Shown here piece by piece: positions 1 through 13,729 of a DNA stretch of 64,000 nucleotides; within the stretch, counting starts at the first letter, position 1, and every line of letters starts with the position of its first letter. The translations under genes were made by a program, and so were the position numbers. Source of the DNA: Octopus sinensis (Eukaryota); the NCBI RefSeq assembly GCF_006345805.1, contig NC_043010.1:6758001-6822000 (forward strand). The letters run 5' to 3'. The notes under the pieces are model-generated. The model was not told the DNA's origin, did not search any database, and worked only from the letters and a program-made list of their open reading frames with translations.

Positions 1-113
1 GACGGGCGTCTTTCAGTTTCCGTCTACCAAATCCACTCACCAAAGCCCGAGGCTATAGTAGAAGACACTTGCCCAAGGTGCTACACAGTGGGACTGAACC
101 CGGAACCATGTGG
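1..113 (-). mobile_element. tRNA-derived SINE family A, head fragment
   Basis: Matches the reverse complement of 17419-17580. Confidence 0.75.
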
Positions 114-196
114 TACTGCATCGTTAATTTTTTTGTATGAAGATTATGAATGTAAAACCCTAATATTTTTAAAAGTTGCTCAACTTCCAATAAAAA

Positions 197-240
<44 letters not shown>

Positions 241-242
<2 letters not shown>

Positions 243-471
243 GCATCCAGTTGTAAAAACATTGCCAACACTGACCTCGCCTATGCTTGTGGCATGTAAA
301 ATGCACTAAGTCCATTCTCCTGAATGGGTCATGTAAGGAAGGGCATCCAACTATAAAAAGCCTGCCAAAACAGTCATAGAAGTCTGGTGAAGGTTTTTAC
401 CTGGTCAGCTCATGTCAAACTGTCCCACCCATGCTAGTATGGAAAGCAGACGTTAAACGTTGATGATGATG

Positions 472-476
<5 letters not shown>
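241..476 (+). mobile_element. RTE-like LINE 3' tail or derived SINE (family B), diverged
   Basis: gggcatcca...ccatgctagtatggaaagcagacgttaaac(GAT)n. Confidence 0.6.
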
Positions 477-515
<39 letters not shown>

Positions 516-655
516 ATAATAATAAATAATTTGGACAAATAAGTATAAGTCGATTAGTATGTTTAAATATTGCACCCAATAAAGATTTAATACTGAATCC
601 ATCTGTTAATTAATATATATATATATGCATATATATATACAGTCATATATATACA

Positions 656-702
<47 letters not shown>

Positions 703-705
703 TGA

Positions 706-737
<32 letters not shown>

Positions 738-890
738 CATACACACACACATTTTATATGTTGTTAGCAGGACAAAACAAAAGCAAAAACCAATTGCCTT
801 TGGGCACTGTACATCATATTACACTTTTAAACTCCACCTATAGTTGCAGATTGATTTCAACTTTTGAAACAAAGCCAACAAGATCAAGGA

Positions 891-1054
891 GTTGATTACA
901 TCATCTCCAGTGCTCAACAGGTACTCATTTTATCAACCCCAAAAGGATGAAAAACAAAGCAGAACTTGGTAAAATTTGAACCCAGAATGTAAAGACGGAC
1001 AAAATTCCACTAAAAATTTTGCCCAGCATGTCAACGACTCTGCCAGATCGCTAC
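891..1054 (-). mobile_element. tRNA-derived SINE family C, diverged
   Basis: Resembles the reverse complement of 61197-61412. Confidence 0.55.
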
Positions 1055-1127
1055 TCATCTATAGATGCATAGAAAGATGCTCAGCTGCATCTGTTGATGT
1101 ACAAGCTCATATAATTATCGATAAATA

Positions 1128-1515
1128 GGCCCAGGCATTGGCTGTGCGATAAGAAGTTTGCTTCCTAGCCACATGGTTTTAGGTTCAGTCCCACCGAGGG
1201 GCACCTTGGGTAAATGTCTTCAACTGTCTTAGGATGACCGAAGGCTTGTGAGTGGATTTGGTAGAGGGAAACTTAAAGAAGATTGTCATGTATATGTGTG
1301 TGTGTGTGTCTGAGGATGTACCCCCACCACTGCTTGACAACTGGTGTTGTGTTTACATCACTGTAACTTAGCAGTTTGGCAAAAGTAGCCAATAGAATAA
1401 GTAACAGGCTTCAGAAAAAAAAAGAAGTCCTGGGGTCAATTCATTTGACTAAAACTTTTTCAAGGCAGTGCCCTAGCATGGCTGCAGTCTATTGACTGAA
1501 TCAAGATAAAAGATA
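1128..1515 (+). mobile_element. SINE family A, diverged
   Basis: Degenerate A/B boxes, body and cagcatggc...gactgaa tail. Confidence 0.7.
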
Positions 1516-2462
1516 TATATGTATGTGTATGTGTATATATATATATAATATATATATATTAGATATATATTATATTATATATATATATATATATTCCTTT
1601 TCATATATGTAGAAATACATTTGTGTGTGTGTGTGAGAGAGTGTGTGTGAGAGTGTGTGTGTGAGAGTGTGTGTGAGAGAGAGAGAGAGTGTGTGTGTGT
1701 GTGTGTGTGTGTACTACTGAAATGTGGAGTCATGGAATATATTTTTTATTTGCTTTGAATTGCATGATCTTGCAGTTTCACAAGATAAAATTTTTTACGT
1801 TGACTAACTCAACATAAAATAGGCAAGATTTTAGTTGAACTTGATAAATCTCAAAATTTAAGATATATCCAATTTTTATCCAGTTTAACATGTTAGCAGA
1901 GATATTGCAAGATATTCACATCCATATATATACACACACACATATATAGACATATATAATATATATATATATATTATATATATATCACACAAATAAATGC
2001 ATATATATATAATTATGTACATATATATATATTATGCACACACATACACATATGCATGTACACATATGAATATATATATATATATACATATATATAATAT
2101 ATATTATATATATAAATATAAATAATATATATATATACATGCACACACACATATATGTGTGTATATATATATATATATACACATATATATCAATGAGTGT
2201 GTTATATGCAACAGCTTTCATTAGATTTTAACTGATAAAGAGTTAACTTAAATCCTTCTACATTTTAACTTAAGAGACATCATTTTCCTTGCTAAATATG
2301 GTAGTCTAGACAAAAGATTTTCTGAGTAGAAAAAGGCATTTTGTTAAAAACAATACTATCCTATCTTGTTTGTGGGAAAATTTATGCTTTGGTCATTTTA
2401 AATAAACAAACAAAAATCAATAAAAGAAAAAGAATATCATTAAAAAAAATGAAACGAAATGA

Positions 2463-2468
2463 ATAATG

Positions 2469-2514
<46 letters not shown>

Positions 2515-2528
2515 TAATAATAATAATA

Positions 2529-2576
<48 letters not shown>

Positions 2577-2592
2577 TAATAATAATAATAAT

Positions 2593-2623
<31 letters not shown>

Positions 2624-2660
2624 CAATAATAATAATGACAACAACAGCAACAACAATGAA
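2463..2660 (+). repeat. (AAT)n/(AAC)n microsatellite
   Basis: Read directly. Confidence 0.95.
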
Positions 2661-4508
2661 AATAACAAGGTTAATGATAACAATGATTCACTTGCAAAAT
2701 TATTCATAGTTAATGAGAGTGCTGTATCTGAAAAGAAGTGATATGCTAAAATTTGAGCTGATGAGTAAAGTTTAAATTATCTAAGGCAACTAGGCTGCTT
2801 TGAGGGAAAGCAATAAGAAAGCTTGTGGAAATAAAAGCTGTAAATTAGAAGATATTAGCATATACTGCTTTGTATGTGTGGAGTTGAACCTTCAAAGTAC
2901 ATAGTTGAAGAATTGGAAGAAAGTGAAAAATGTGGTCATTCTCATCCTATGTAATTAAAGATTTCGCAAGCTCAACTAAGTACTCCACCCATTTTAGTGC
3001 TATTTACTTTCCAGTTTAATGACGATGTCCACAGTGACAGCCAGTGGTTATTGATCTGCTTGCTATATATTCTGATCAGAATTTTCTCAGTTTAGAGTAA
3101 TTAGCTATCATTTAAGGTGTGGTCTTAGGCTAACACCAGGGTCAAGCAAACAAGGAATGTTAAAATTTCCCCTTAGAAGAAATTAAATTAACTTTCCCCG
3201 GTTTCTATGGTAATGCAATAATTCATTGACCCTTTTTACAGAGACTGCTGACTTGGTTAAATGTGTAAAATTAACCAAAGAGCCAGATGCAGTAAAATTT
3301 CAGCAATCTCCCAAAGTACACAAAAACCATTCTTTTCATTACAAGAGTGATCTAGACAAAGAACAACAAAGCAATTATTCCATTTTATCAACATGACCAT
3401 TCTCATTCCGAATAACAAAGTTCTCCCAATCAAGTCCAATAGTATCTGCAGTTGAAAAATTGTGCAAGAATTAGAATTAATTTGCTATTTGTCAATTAGC
3501 CTCCAACCAATCATGATAAACATGTTCACAAGATTAATATAATTAACACTTGAATCACGAGCCGATTCCATTTCGATGGTTTCCTTTCGGGCTTTTAGAT
3601 ATTCCGTTGAACCATTAATCTATGGTAATTAACCAGCGAGAATATGATAAAGAATCTCCATAACAGAGGTGCCATTAGAATCATCAAAGGAAAACACCAG
3701 GTCCTTTGATAAACTGCAGGAAGTGGCTTGCTTAGTAGCTAAACAGTGTACAGTGCAAGCAGATCAATACACATTTCTCTTTCAGCTCATTAGTGACTCA
3801 CAAGTATTGTATAGTGATTGTCACAGTAAATTACCACCAAATATCTGTGCTGCCAGCACAATTTTCATAAATACTTTCTTTAAGCAATTCATCCATCAAA
3901 TAATGTGTAGTAGCAAAATTAAATGAATGTACATGCACGCACACACACATGCACACGCATACACACATTATGCAAACATACACACAAACACTCTCTTTCA
4001 ATTTCACTCTTACACTCACATTAAAAGCATGCAAGCACACATATGTACACTTAAATGTATATATATACACACATACACACATATAATTGCAAAATTATGT
4101 ATTCACAATATTATATGAATAAACATATATTCATGTATTCTGAAAAGTGTGTGTGTGTGTGTGTGTGCCTGTGTGTGTCTACATGTGCACTCATGTGTGG
4201 ATGTATGTGTGTAAGAAAGAGAAAGAGAGAGAGAAAGCATGTGAATTTTGTATGCTTTCTTTCATGCTTATCATTAAGATATCTGCATATATATATATAG
4301 ACTAATATATGTATTTTTATTGATATATAAGATATACTGTATATGTATTTCTGTAAAAGGATATTTGCAACTAAGTATCTCATACATACTAATATCATAT
4401 GCATGAACACATACACACACACATGTAAACATGTGATTATATTATATATGCACATATATATATTTATATACATAAGTATATATCGTATATACATATATAG
4501 ATATAATA

Positions 4509-4539
<31 letters not shown>

Positions 4540-4576
4540 CATAATATAACATATACATATATATACATATACATAG

Positions 4577-4617
<41 letters not shown>

Positions 4618-5644
4618 ATATATATATATATATATATACATACATATATATATACACACACATATGGAGTTATATATGTATTTATGTAGACATACATACA
4701 TGCAATGTAAATATATATTTATTGAATAACATATAGAATTATATGTCCCCGGTATTTATAAATATCCATAGCAGAATGATTTCTGTAAAAACAGATATTT
4801 ATGCATATATGTGAGCAAACATAAATAACTTCACAGATATGATCATATAAATGTATATGTGTTCATGCATGCAAATATACTCACCATGCATACACACATA
4901 CATTCATACATACATACATACATACATACATACATACATACATTCATACATTCATACATACATACATAGATACATACATGCACATATGTGTATGTGTGTC
5001 TGTGTATGTGTCTCTGTGTGTGTATGTATATATATGCATTGCACACACACACACACAACACACAGATATATATATATATATATTATGTGTGGTCAATATA
5101 TGAATTAATGAATTGACACATTGTTACTAATAGTTTTCTAACAAAGTTAAAATCCCAATTATTCTTCATACTGTATTATACTACCAACATTCCATAGTGC
5201 TTTTATTTGGAAACTCTACAGTCCTTGTATCATTCAAGCATTGATTGTTTTTTTTTTTTTACTCTTCCCTGAAACTACTAGTAACATGTTAGTTCTATTT
5301 ATTTATTGCACACAGAGTTGTCTCAGCTACTACTCTGAGTTTCAAAAGTTTACTGTTCATTTTAGATAAATGCATACATTCATATATATATTTAGACCCC
5401 ACCACACACATGCATACATACATGCATATATATATATATATATATATACGCTCGAAATGTAAAAGACTTGTTCTATTCTGAGCGCTATTTATTATATATT
5501 GTGTGTGTGTACTCACCTCCCTTCGTCTTTTGTTTATTTTCGTAAACTTCCCTTTAGATATATATATATAATATATATATAATATATATAATTAATATAT
5601 TATATATATATAATATGTATATACATGGTTTGTTATATGTATAT

Positions 5645-5682
<38 letters not shown>

Positions 5683-5740
5683 GATATATATAGATAGATA
5701 TGATAGATAGATAGAGAGAAGATAGATAGATAGATAGAAG

Positions 5741-5776
<36 letters not shown>

Positions 5777-5846
5777 GATAAGTAGATAGATAGAAAGACA
5801 GATAGATAGATAGATAGATATGTGTGTATGCAAGTATGTATGTATG

Positions 5847-5878
<32 letters not shown>

Positions 5879-6615
5879 GAAAATAATAAGACATATGTGT
5901 TTTTCCATACATATTTGATTTTAAATATGTGTGCGGATATGTAATTACTTGCATGTGCAGGTGTATGGTTGCATGTGTGTGTTTGCATACGTGAATATGT
6001 ATTGGTATGTATTCATGTGTTTGTACATGCTTGCATGTGCATGTGCAGCCAAGTGATCATGTATTGAACCTAGAGCTTATGCATTTATCTATATATAGAT
6101 TATAATGTAAGTGCTTGCATTATATCCACCTTAAGTATATGGTCACATAACTTAAGATTACATGCTTTTCTTAGAAATATGTTTCTGGTCATTTGGGAAC
6201 GTGCCTACCAAAATCTTGCATTTAATATATGATCTATCTTTTAGTCATGTGACCTTACCAAAGCTGAGATTTAGCCATGTGGATTGGCATCATGAGCCCC
6301 TTTAGGGAATTGTGGTAGGAAGAGAGATATTTTCCTTAGACTGGAAACCTGCTCTAAATGCTTCGAAGAGATTGTTCTCTGTTCTAGACACCAAAATGCT
6401 ACGTGCTGGTAGGTTTAGGCAAAGAAGTGAATACCTTTGAGAAAATATGTATGTTGTTAAGCCTAACATGTATTGAAATATATGCACACAGACAGACACA
6501 CACACACACATTAAATGCACATTCACGTACATGTGTATGTATGTGCATCTGTGAGTGTATATGTGTAAATGTGTGTGTATGTGGTTAAGACTTTCACGTA
6601 TTTAGGGATATTTAG

Positions 6616-6835
6616 CCCTTTCATTACTGCATTTATTTTGAGATGCTCTGTGTTTCTTTCAATTATTTTAAATATAACAAAGAATTTAGTAAAATAACTT
6701 AGTTATCATTCAGCTAGTGTTAGGAACATAAATTGTGACTAAGGTTTCGTGGTAAATTTTAATTCAAAACTTACGAAAATGAGACATTTTACCACAGAGC
6801 TAGAGCCGGTTTGGGCCGGGTTAGTAACAAAAGGG
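6616..6835 (-). mobile_element. piggyBac-like MITE (family 1), opposite orientation
   Basis: Reverse complement of 27067-27287; ends CCCTTT.../...AAAGGG, flanked by TTAG on both sides. Confidence 0.75.
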
Positions 6836-7256
6836 TTAGGGATATGGTTCCACTGCATAGATGTTGTTGTCTGATGTTCTATATTATTACTACTGACTGA
6901 TCAATGAATTTGGAAGACAGAAACTGAAAGAAGCCCATTGTACACACACACACACACACACACCACACACACACATATTATATATATATGCACTGTGTGT
7001 GTGTACTTACCATTTATAGAAATAGTGTCAGTTGTTTGCTGTCTTCTGTGAAAGCATGTTCAGATAATGCATTGTTGCTAGAATGAGGATCATTATTTTG
7101 GTTTGAGACAGTTGAATGTTAGCTTCTAAATGTAATCTAATGGCATCTGGTTAACAAAAATTCTTTCTCAACATAGTTGCATCTAACCCATGCAAGCATG
7201 GAATAGGAGACGTAAAAGTTACTATCATGATGTTATATGGTTTGGCATTTTACTGA

Positions 7257-7678
7257 GGCATAGTGGGAGTGGCTGTGTGGTAAGTAGCTTGCTAACAAAC
7301 CACATGGTTCTGGGTTCAGTCCCACTGCGTGGCATCTTGGGCAAGTGTCTTCTGCTATAGCCCCGGGCTGACCAATGCCTTGTGAGTGGATTTGATAGAC
7401 GGAAACTGAAAGAAGCCTGTCGTATATATGTATATATATATATGTGTGTATGTGTATGGGTTTGTGTGTCTGTGTTTGTCCCCCTAGCATTGCTTGACAA
7501 CCGATGCTGGTGTGTTTACGTCCCCGTCACTTAGCGGTTCAGCAAAAGAGACCGATAGAATAAGTACTGGGCTTACAAAGAATAAGTGCCGGGGTTGATT
7601 TGCTTGACTAAAAAGGCGGTGCTCCAGCATGGCCGCAGTCAAATGACTGAAACAAGTAAAAGAGTAAAGAGTAAGAGA
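7257..7678 (+). mobile_element. SINE family A, full length
   Basis: A-box-like TGGCTGTGTGG, B-box-like GGTTCAGTCCC, internal (TA)/(TG) tract, (AAGAGTA)n tail. Confidence 0.85.
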
Positions 7679-8165
7679 GTATTAACCTGGTGGTGGAACT
7701 TGATAAACATACGCTTCAGAAAAAAGTTTTAGCTGAGTACAGAGCATAATAAAAGATTAAATAAATGAAAAGAGAATACAAGGGAATAAAAAATTATGTA
7801 ATTAACCTCAGTAGCTTACAGCTGTTTCTGCTAAACGACGTAATGTACTCATAGTGGAATGCTTGTGTATCACCCTATAGCTCTGTTGAAGCATCAAGTG
7901 CAATTTAATTTAGGAAGGCATTTGTGTATATGGAAAATGTTACCAGCAAAAAATGTAAAAATATGTAGGAAATGAAGTATAAAGATTCAGGGGAAAAGCC
8001 CCCACCCAAGAAAAAGTAGATTCAGATGAAAAAAAAAATTGTATTTATGTGTTTAGAGAGATTTGCATGAATGCCTATGTAGGCAACTATTTATGTGCAA
8101 ACATAAAATATAGACAGAATATGCATGTTGGAAATGGAGATAGATAGAAAGTGACAGAATCTAAA

Positions 8166-8208
<43 letters not shown>

Positions 8209-8403
8209 GGAGAGAGTTTCACCTGAAGATCAAAGAGATGCGAAACCTTAAGTTGCAAATTTCATTAGTTTCATTAAAAAAAAATTACACTTATATACTT
8301 ATATATATGAGTAGAGATAGAGAGAGAGAAGAAGAGAGTGTGAGGAGGAGGGAGAGGGAGATAGAGAAAGAGAGATAGAGAGATAGATAGACACAGACAC
8401 ACG

Positions 8404-8443
<40 letters not shown>

Positions 8444-9716
8444 ACACACAAAGAGACAGACAGATTGACAGAAAGAATAGGAGAGATTTCTTGGAATGAA
8501 ATATAAGATCATTAGTTCTTAAAAATACAAATATTTTATGGTGAATTGATCCCCAGAAACTAGAAAATTAGTCAAGGAAGCTGTATTTGCCCCCAAAGTA
8601 TAATGGAAAACTCAATGCACTAATAATGGTGGTAGGCAATAAACTAACAACAATCAGCATGGCCAAAATTATTTCCTGATTACTCATAGAAAACTGATAA
8701 CAACAGCAAGAACAAATTTAAGATAAATACAAAATCAGGGGACTTTGCATAGTTCCCCCGACAATCTAGAAGTAGCAGCTAAATCTCAGTCAAATCCATT
8801 TCGATATTTTGATGAAAGATACACAACCTCTGAGAAACAAGCAAGATTGGAGTGTCACAACTTTGATGCTATTTGGTCTTCAGCTGATCTGATGAACAAA
8901 AAACATATCAGAAACAGATAATATCATTCTCATGATTTTTGGACAGAATAAACTGGAACACTACGGCCATTGAAATCACTTCTAACAGAAACTAAGACTG
9001 GAATAGTCTTGAACCTTTCATGGATGTCACATTCTTCTGTTGCAAATATTATACAAAGGAGCAAATGAGAAAAACAAAAGGCCACTTTTTAAGGCATGGT
9101 GTATTGATCTGCTTCAAAAAAGATATACACAAGTGTGCATCAGCATGGCCGCAGCTCTGAGCTGAAACTAGTAAAAAAAAAAAAGTGTATATATTTATGC
9201 ATGCTATGTGTGTTTGTTAGTGTGTGGGGGTGGGGTGGAACACATGCCAAGATAGAAAATGGATGTTAAATGGTAATGATGATCATGATGATGATCACGA
9301 TGATGATGGTGATATGTATACATATGTATGCATACTTGCATAAATACGTGCATGCACATGTGTTAGTATGTGCAAGTGCATGTGTGTATGTGTGTGAGTG
9401 CATACAGATGCAGGTATAGTTGTGTGGTGAAGCAGTTTGCTTCATACATAGCTTTAGGTATAATCCCACTTTATAGCACGTCAAAGAACTGATTCCTGCT
9501 AGAATCTTAGGCTAATGAATAAATTGTTTGTGGAATATAGTGGCGCAAAATTGTGCAAAAGCTGTTCCACCATATATATATACATACACACACACAAACA
9601 TGTATGTATATATATAAATACCTATCTATCTGTCTGTCTGTCTATTTATCTATATATATATATATATATACATATATATATACACACACACACACACATA
9701 TATATATATGTATATT

Positions 9717-9748
<32 letters not shown>

Positions 9749-10251
9749 CTCATATATGCGTTTAAACACATATGCATGCAATACATACATACACATACAC
9801 ATGTCTCACATAGAAGACCCATTCAGAAGTGGATTGAAATGCTATACTTTTTTTCTAGACACAGAAAGTGTTTATTAACAGAAGTGTCAAATCATATTTT
9901 AAAGGTGACAGCTTGAGAAAAAAGAAAAATGTTATAAAAAATAAATGCAACTATTCTACGTGTTAAAGCAAATAAATATCATTTAGCATTTTTAGAATGA
10001 ATACGTTGCTCTTTTGGCCATCACAGTAACAAATTATGGTAAAATACTTTGGACACTTCTCACACTAGATCAGACAAATTGAGCAACCAACTGAAAAGTT
10101 TTATGCTAAAAATGTTAATGCATGAATGCCGCAAAGGTGAACTTTATGCGTGCCTTGAAAACAAAAGTAGAAAACACATACGGTAAAATGAGTAATTTTT
10201 GTCAGTATATAATAACAAGTTATATATATATAGATATGTATATATATATAT

Positions 10252-10470
10252 AGTTAATCCAAACAAGAAAGCACAAAAAACACAACAACGAGAGACGTGG
10301 AACAAATATAGTATTATTGGACGCTCAGGAAAGAAGGAAAGAAGGAGGATTTAATTAACGTTCGAGTGGACTCTTCGTCGGAAACATGAGAAAGAGAAAT
10401 GGAGATCCTGAGACGGGAGACAGAGGAAAAAAAATCACCAACGGTACACACGCGGTCACATTTTGAAATA
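10252..10470 (-). mobile_element. (TA)n-embedded repeat related to family G
   Basis: Shares tagtat...acgctcagga with family G; minus strand has CCGACGA A GAG tcca CTC GAA CGTT. Confidence 0.45.
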
Positions 10471-10774
10471 TAGATATATATATATATATATATATAGTAT
10501 ATATGTATATATGCATACATATATATATGTATATATATATATATATAGATACATATATATATATTAACAATGATAAATCTCAGAGAACACACACACATAT
10601 ATATATATATCAGCATATATATGATTATACACATATGCACATATACATATAAATATATATATGTAATATACACACATACACATATATACATATTCACATA
10701 CACACATATTGATATGTATTACAATACATAAACACACTAACATATATATGTATGCGGCTGAGTTACTTTTGAAA

Positions 10775-11098
10775 GTTGGGCCTCATGGAGGGAATGACCA
10801 GGACCTTTGGCATTATATCATGCTTATGTTTGAGATGAAGACCCATCAAACCCAGCAAAATTGCAGTCATGGCAGATACCAGGGTCACACAAATGGCATC
10901 TGTGCCAGTGACATGTAAAAGCACCCATTGCACTCTTGGAGTGGTTGGCATTAGAAAGGGCATCCAGCTATAGAAAACCATGCCAAATCAGACTGGAGTC
11001 TGGTGCAGCCTTCCAGATTACCAGCCCTGGTTAAACCATCCAACCCATGCCAGCATGGACAATGGGTATTAAATGATGATGATGAAGATGATTATGAT
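10775..11098 (+). mobile_element. Family B (RTE-like 3' end)
   Basis: gacctttggcattat (DLW-like ORF end)...gaaagggcatccagc...ccaacccatgccagcatgg...(GAT)n. Confidence 0.7.
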
Positions 11099-11649
11099 GC
11101 ATATCTCAATAGGGAAGTAGAAACCAGGGATTGAGTTGTAGGAGATAAGTAAGTTTTAAGCAAAAGGTTGCTACTATAGAGAACAAAAAGTGGACAGTAT
11201 ACAATAAAATGAATATTTATAAAAATTGTAAGTTATATGCTATTTCTCTTCACAGAGTTAAGCCATATAGGCACATAAAAGATGAAGTCTTAGAATTTCA
11301 CTCTATTTAGATTAAACATAATGGTAGGCTTTCACAATCTGGAGGAGAAGGACAGCATGCAACTGTTAACTTTGGGTGTTGACTATCTACTGAGTATTTC
11401 GTATACTCAGTCAGATGCTTCTGGCGAGTTCATGTCCAAACAAGAAGGAGCAGGTTTTCATCATCATCATCATCATCATTTAACGTCCACTTTCCATGCT
11501 GGCATGGGTTGGACGGTTCAACTGGGGTCTGGGGGTTAGGGTTAGGGTTGTGTTGTGAAAATGCAACCAGCGGTATATATGGGTTAAGAGGAATTTCAAT
11601 GAGTTGATTGTTTCCATACAACTCAGGTCTTAGCAACTAACATTAAGAA

Positions 11650-12200
11650 TGAAAATAAAAATAAGAGGCAATACGAAAGACCGAGACCTCTGGAGATATG
11701 CTGTGACTGTGAAGACCCAACAAATAATGTGAGTTCATGGCTGTTTCCTGCACCAGCTTCACATAGAAGCCCCAGTCCATCCAAAGTGCCTTGGATCGCA
11801 GGATGGCCTGCTGTGCTTGAGGAGACCTATTGAGTCAAGTACACCAACATAAAAAAAATCAAATAGAAATTGTAGTTGTGATACCTGTGCCAGTGGCATG
11901 TTAAAAGCACCATCCGTACGTGGCCGATGCCAGCGCTGCCTTAACTGGCTTCCGTGCCAGTGGCATGTAAAAAGCACCCACCAATCATGGCCATTGCCAG
12001 CCTCCCCTGGCATCTGTGCTAGTGGCACGTAAAAAGCACCCACTACACTCACGGAGTGGTTGGCGTTAGGAAGGGCATCCAGCCTTAGAAACACTGCCAG
12101 ATCAAACTGGAGCCTGGCGCAGCCTCCTGGTTTCCCAGACCCTGGTCAAACCGTCCAACCCATGCTAGCATGGGAAACAGACGTTAAACGATGATGATAA
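11650..12200 (+). mobile_element. Family B (RTE-like 3' end) with internal repeats
   Basis: gaccgagacctctggagatatgct, repeated gtggca(t/c)gtaaaaagcacc units, (GAT)n tail. Confidence 0.75.
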
Positions 12201-13692
12201 TGAGTGGTGTAGGTAGAGTTTTGGCTACAATTGTTTCATAACTAACTAAAGTTCATTATGTAAGTCATAACGTAACGAACACTCCTCAGCATAGTTAGTC
12301 TTCAAGCCATAGATACCTCAATTTCTTTTTCCATTGTCACAGAGTCCTCATTTGCCAAACCACTAAATTACAGGAATATAACCAAAGTGGTACTGGTTGT
12401 CATGCAGTGCATGGACAAACTCAAAGACCAACCAACCACACACACACATGCACAGACTCATTTTGGACTTCTATTCAGTCTCTGTGTACCAAATTCTAAA
12501 AACATTGCTTGAAACAAGGCTGTAATTGAAGACACTTGCTCAAGGTGCTGCACGGTGGGAATGAACCTGAAATTTCTGGTTGCAAAGCAATCTTCTTATT
12601 CATACAGTTATACCTGCACCTGTATGTTTTATTCAATAGGTAGATAGGTAGACAAACAAATAGCTTGATAGATAAGCAGATGAGAGATAGACGGGTGGGT
12701 AGATAGGGTAGATAGATAGAGAGAGAGGGGGGGAAGGAGGGAGAGAGTGAGGAAGAGAGGGGACAGAGAAAGAAAGAAAGAGAGAGAGAGAGAGAAATAG
12801 CTAGGTAGATTGCTGATAAAGGTATATTCTCAAGACACTAATTTAAATACATCCTGCTGCACATTTCATTGCATATAATGGAGAGAGTGCACAACATAGA
12901 AAATGGTGTTAATATAAATGAATAAAATTCCAAAAGTATGCAAAATAAAAACAAGAAAATATATAATAGACGTAGAATATAGACTCAGAAATGAATATTG
13001 TAGCCAATTACATGCATATTCTGTCTTGGACCCAGTGGATTAATTTTCTGATACATGAGTTAAATCGTATCTTGTTGCGAAGCACAAGGCAAATAGCGAC
13101 AATTCGTGTACGTTCATGAACAAGAAACTTAGGTGGAATGGATTTTTCTCACCTGTATAAACCAGCAGCTGAGGTGTAAAAATGGCCCACGTGCGAAAAT
13201 AAATACAATCTTCCACTAACTGGAGAAATTTAGAGCAGAATGAGTACATGTTGGCATGAAGGATGTGCATGATTACTGCACTGTCATTGATAAGGAAGGA
13301 CACACTGGTTGTAACAAAAGAACGTTGACAAATCAATTAATCAATTAATTAATGGTTTGATTAATTATTTAATTAACTCATTAACTGATAACAAAACTGA
13401 AATGAAATACATACAGTGTGTGTGTGTGTGCTTCTATTGACAGGATGTCCCTTTAAAAAAATAAATTAAATTATCTTGCTATTTATCAATATATACATGC
13501 ATGGGTGTGTGTGTGTGTGTGTGTGTGCACGTGCTCAGGTGCACATGTATAATGACTTATTAGCTGAGGTTATTACAGACCATTCAGTCAGTCCTTTAGC
13601 GTTCTCAGTTAATAAAGGAACTTATATAATCTACTCTATATATTCAATCTCTTTCTCTTATTTTTAAAACCATTTATAGTATACACACATAT

Positions 13693-13729
<37 letters not shown>

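Noticed and set aside
7005-7140. Strong minus-strand donor ATG|GTAAGT
   Set aside because: Long upstream frames hit stops and the region looks like a decayed repeat.
7265-7325. tRNA-like A/B boxes as tRNA genes
   Set aside because: They are SINE heads followed by family body and tail; no complete cloverleaf.
8215-8260. CTGAAGA...GAAA hammerhead-like spacing
   Set aside because: Stem II is at most 2 bp and stem I does not pair convincingly; compatible with chance.
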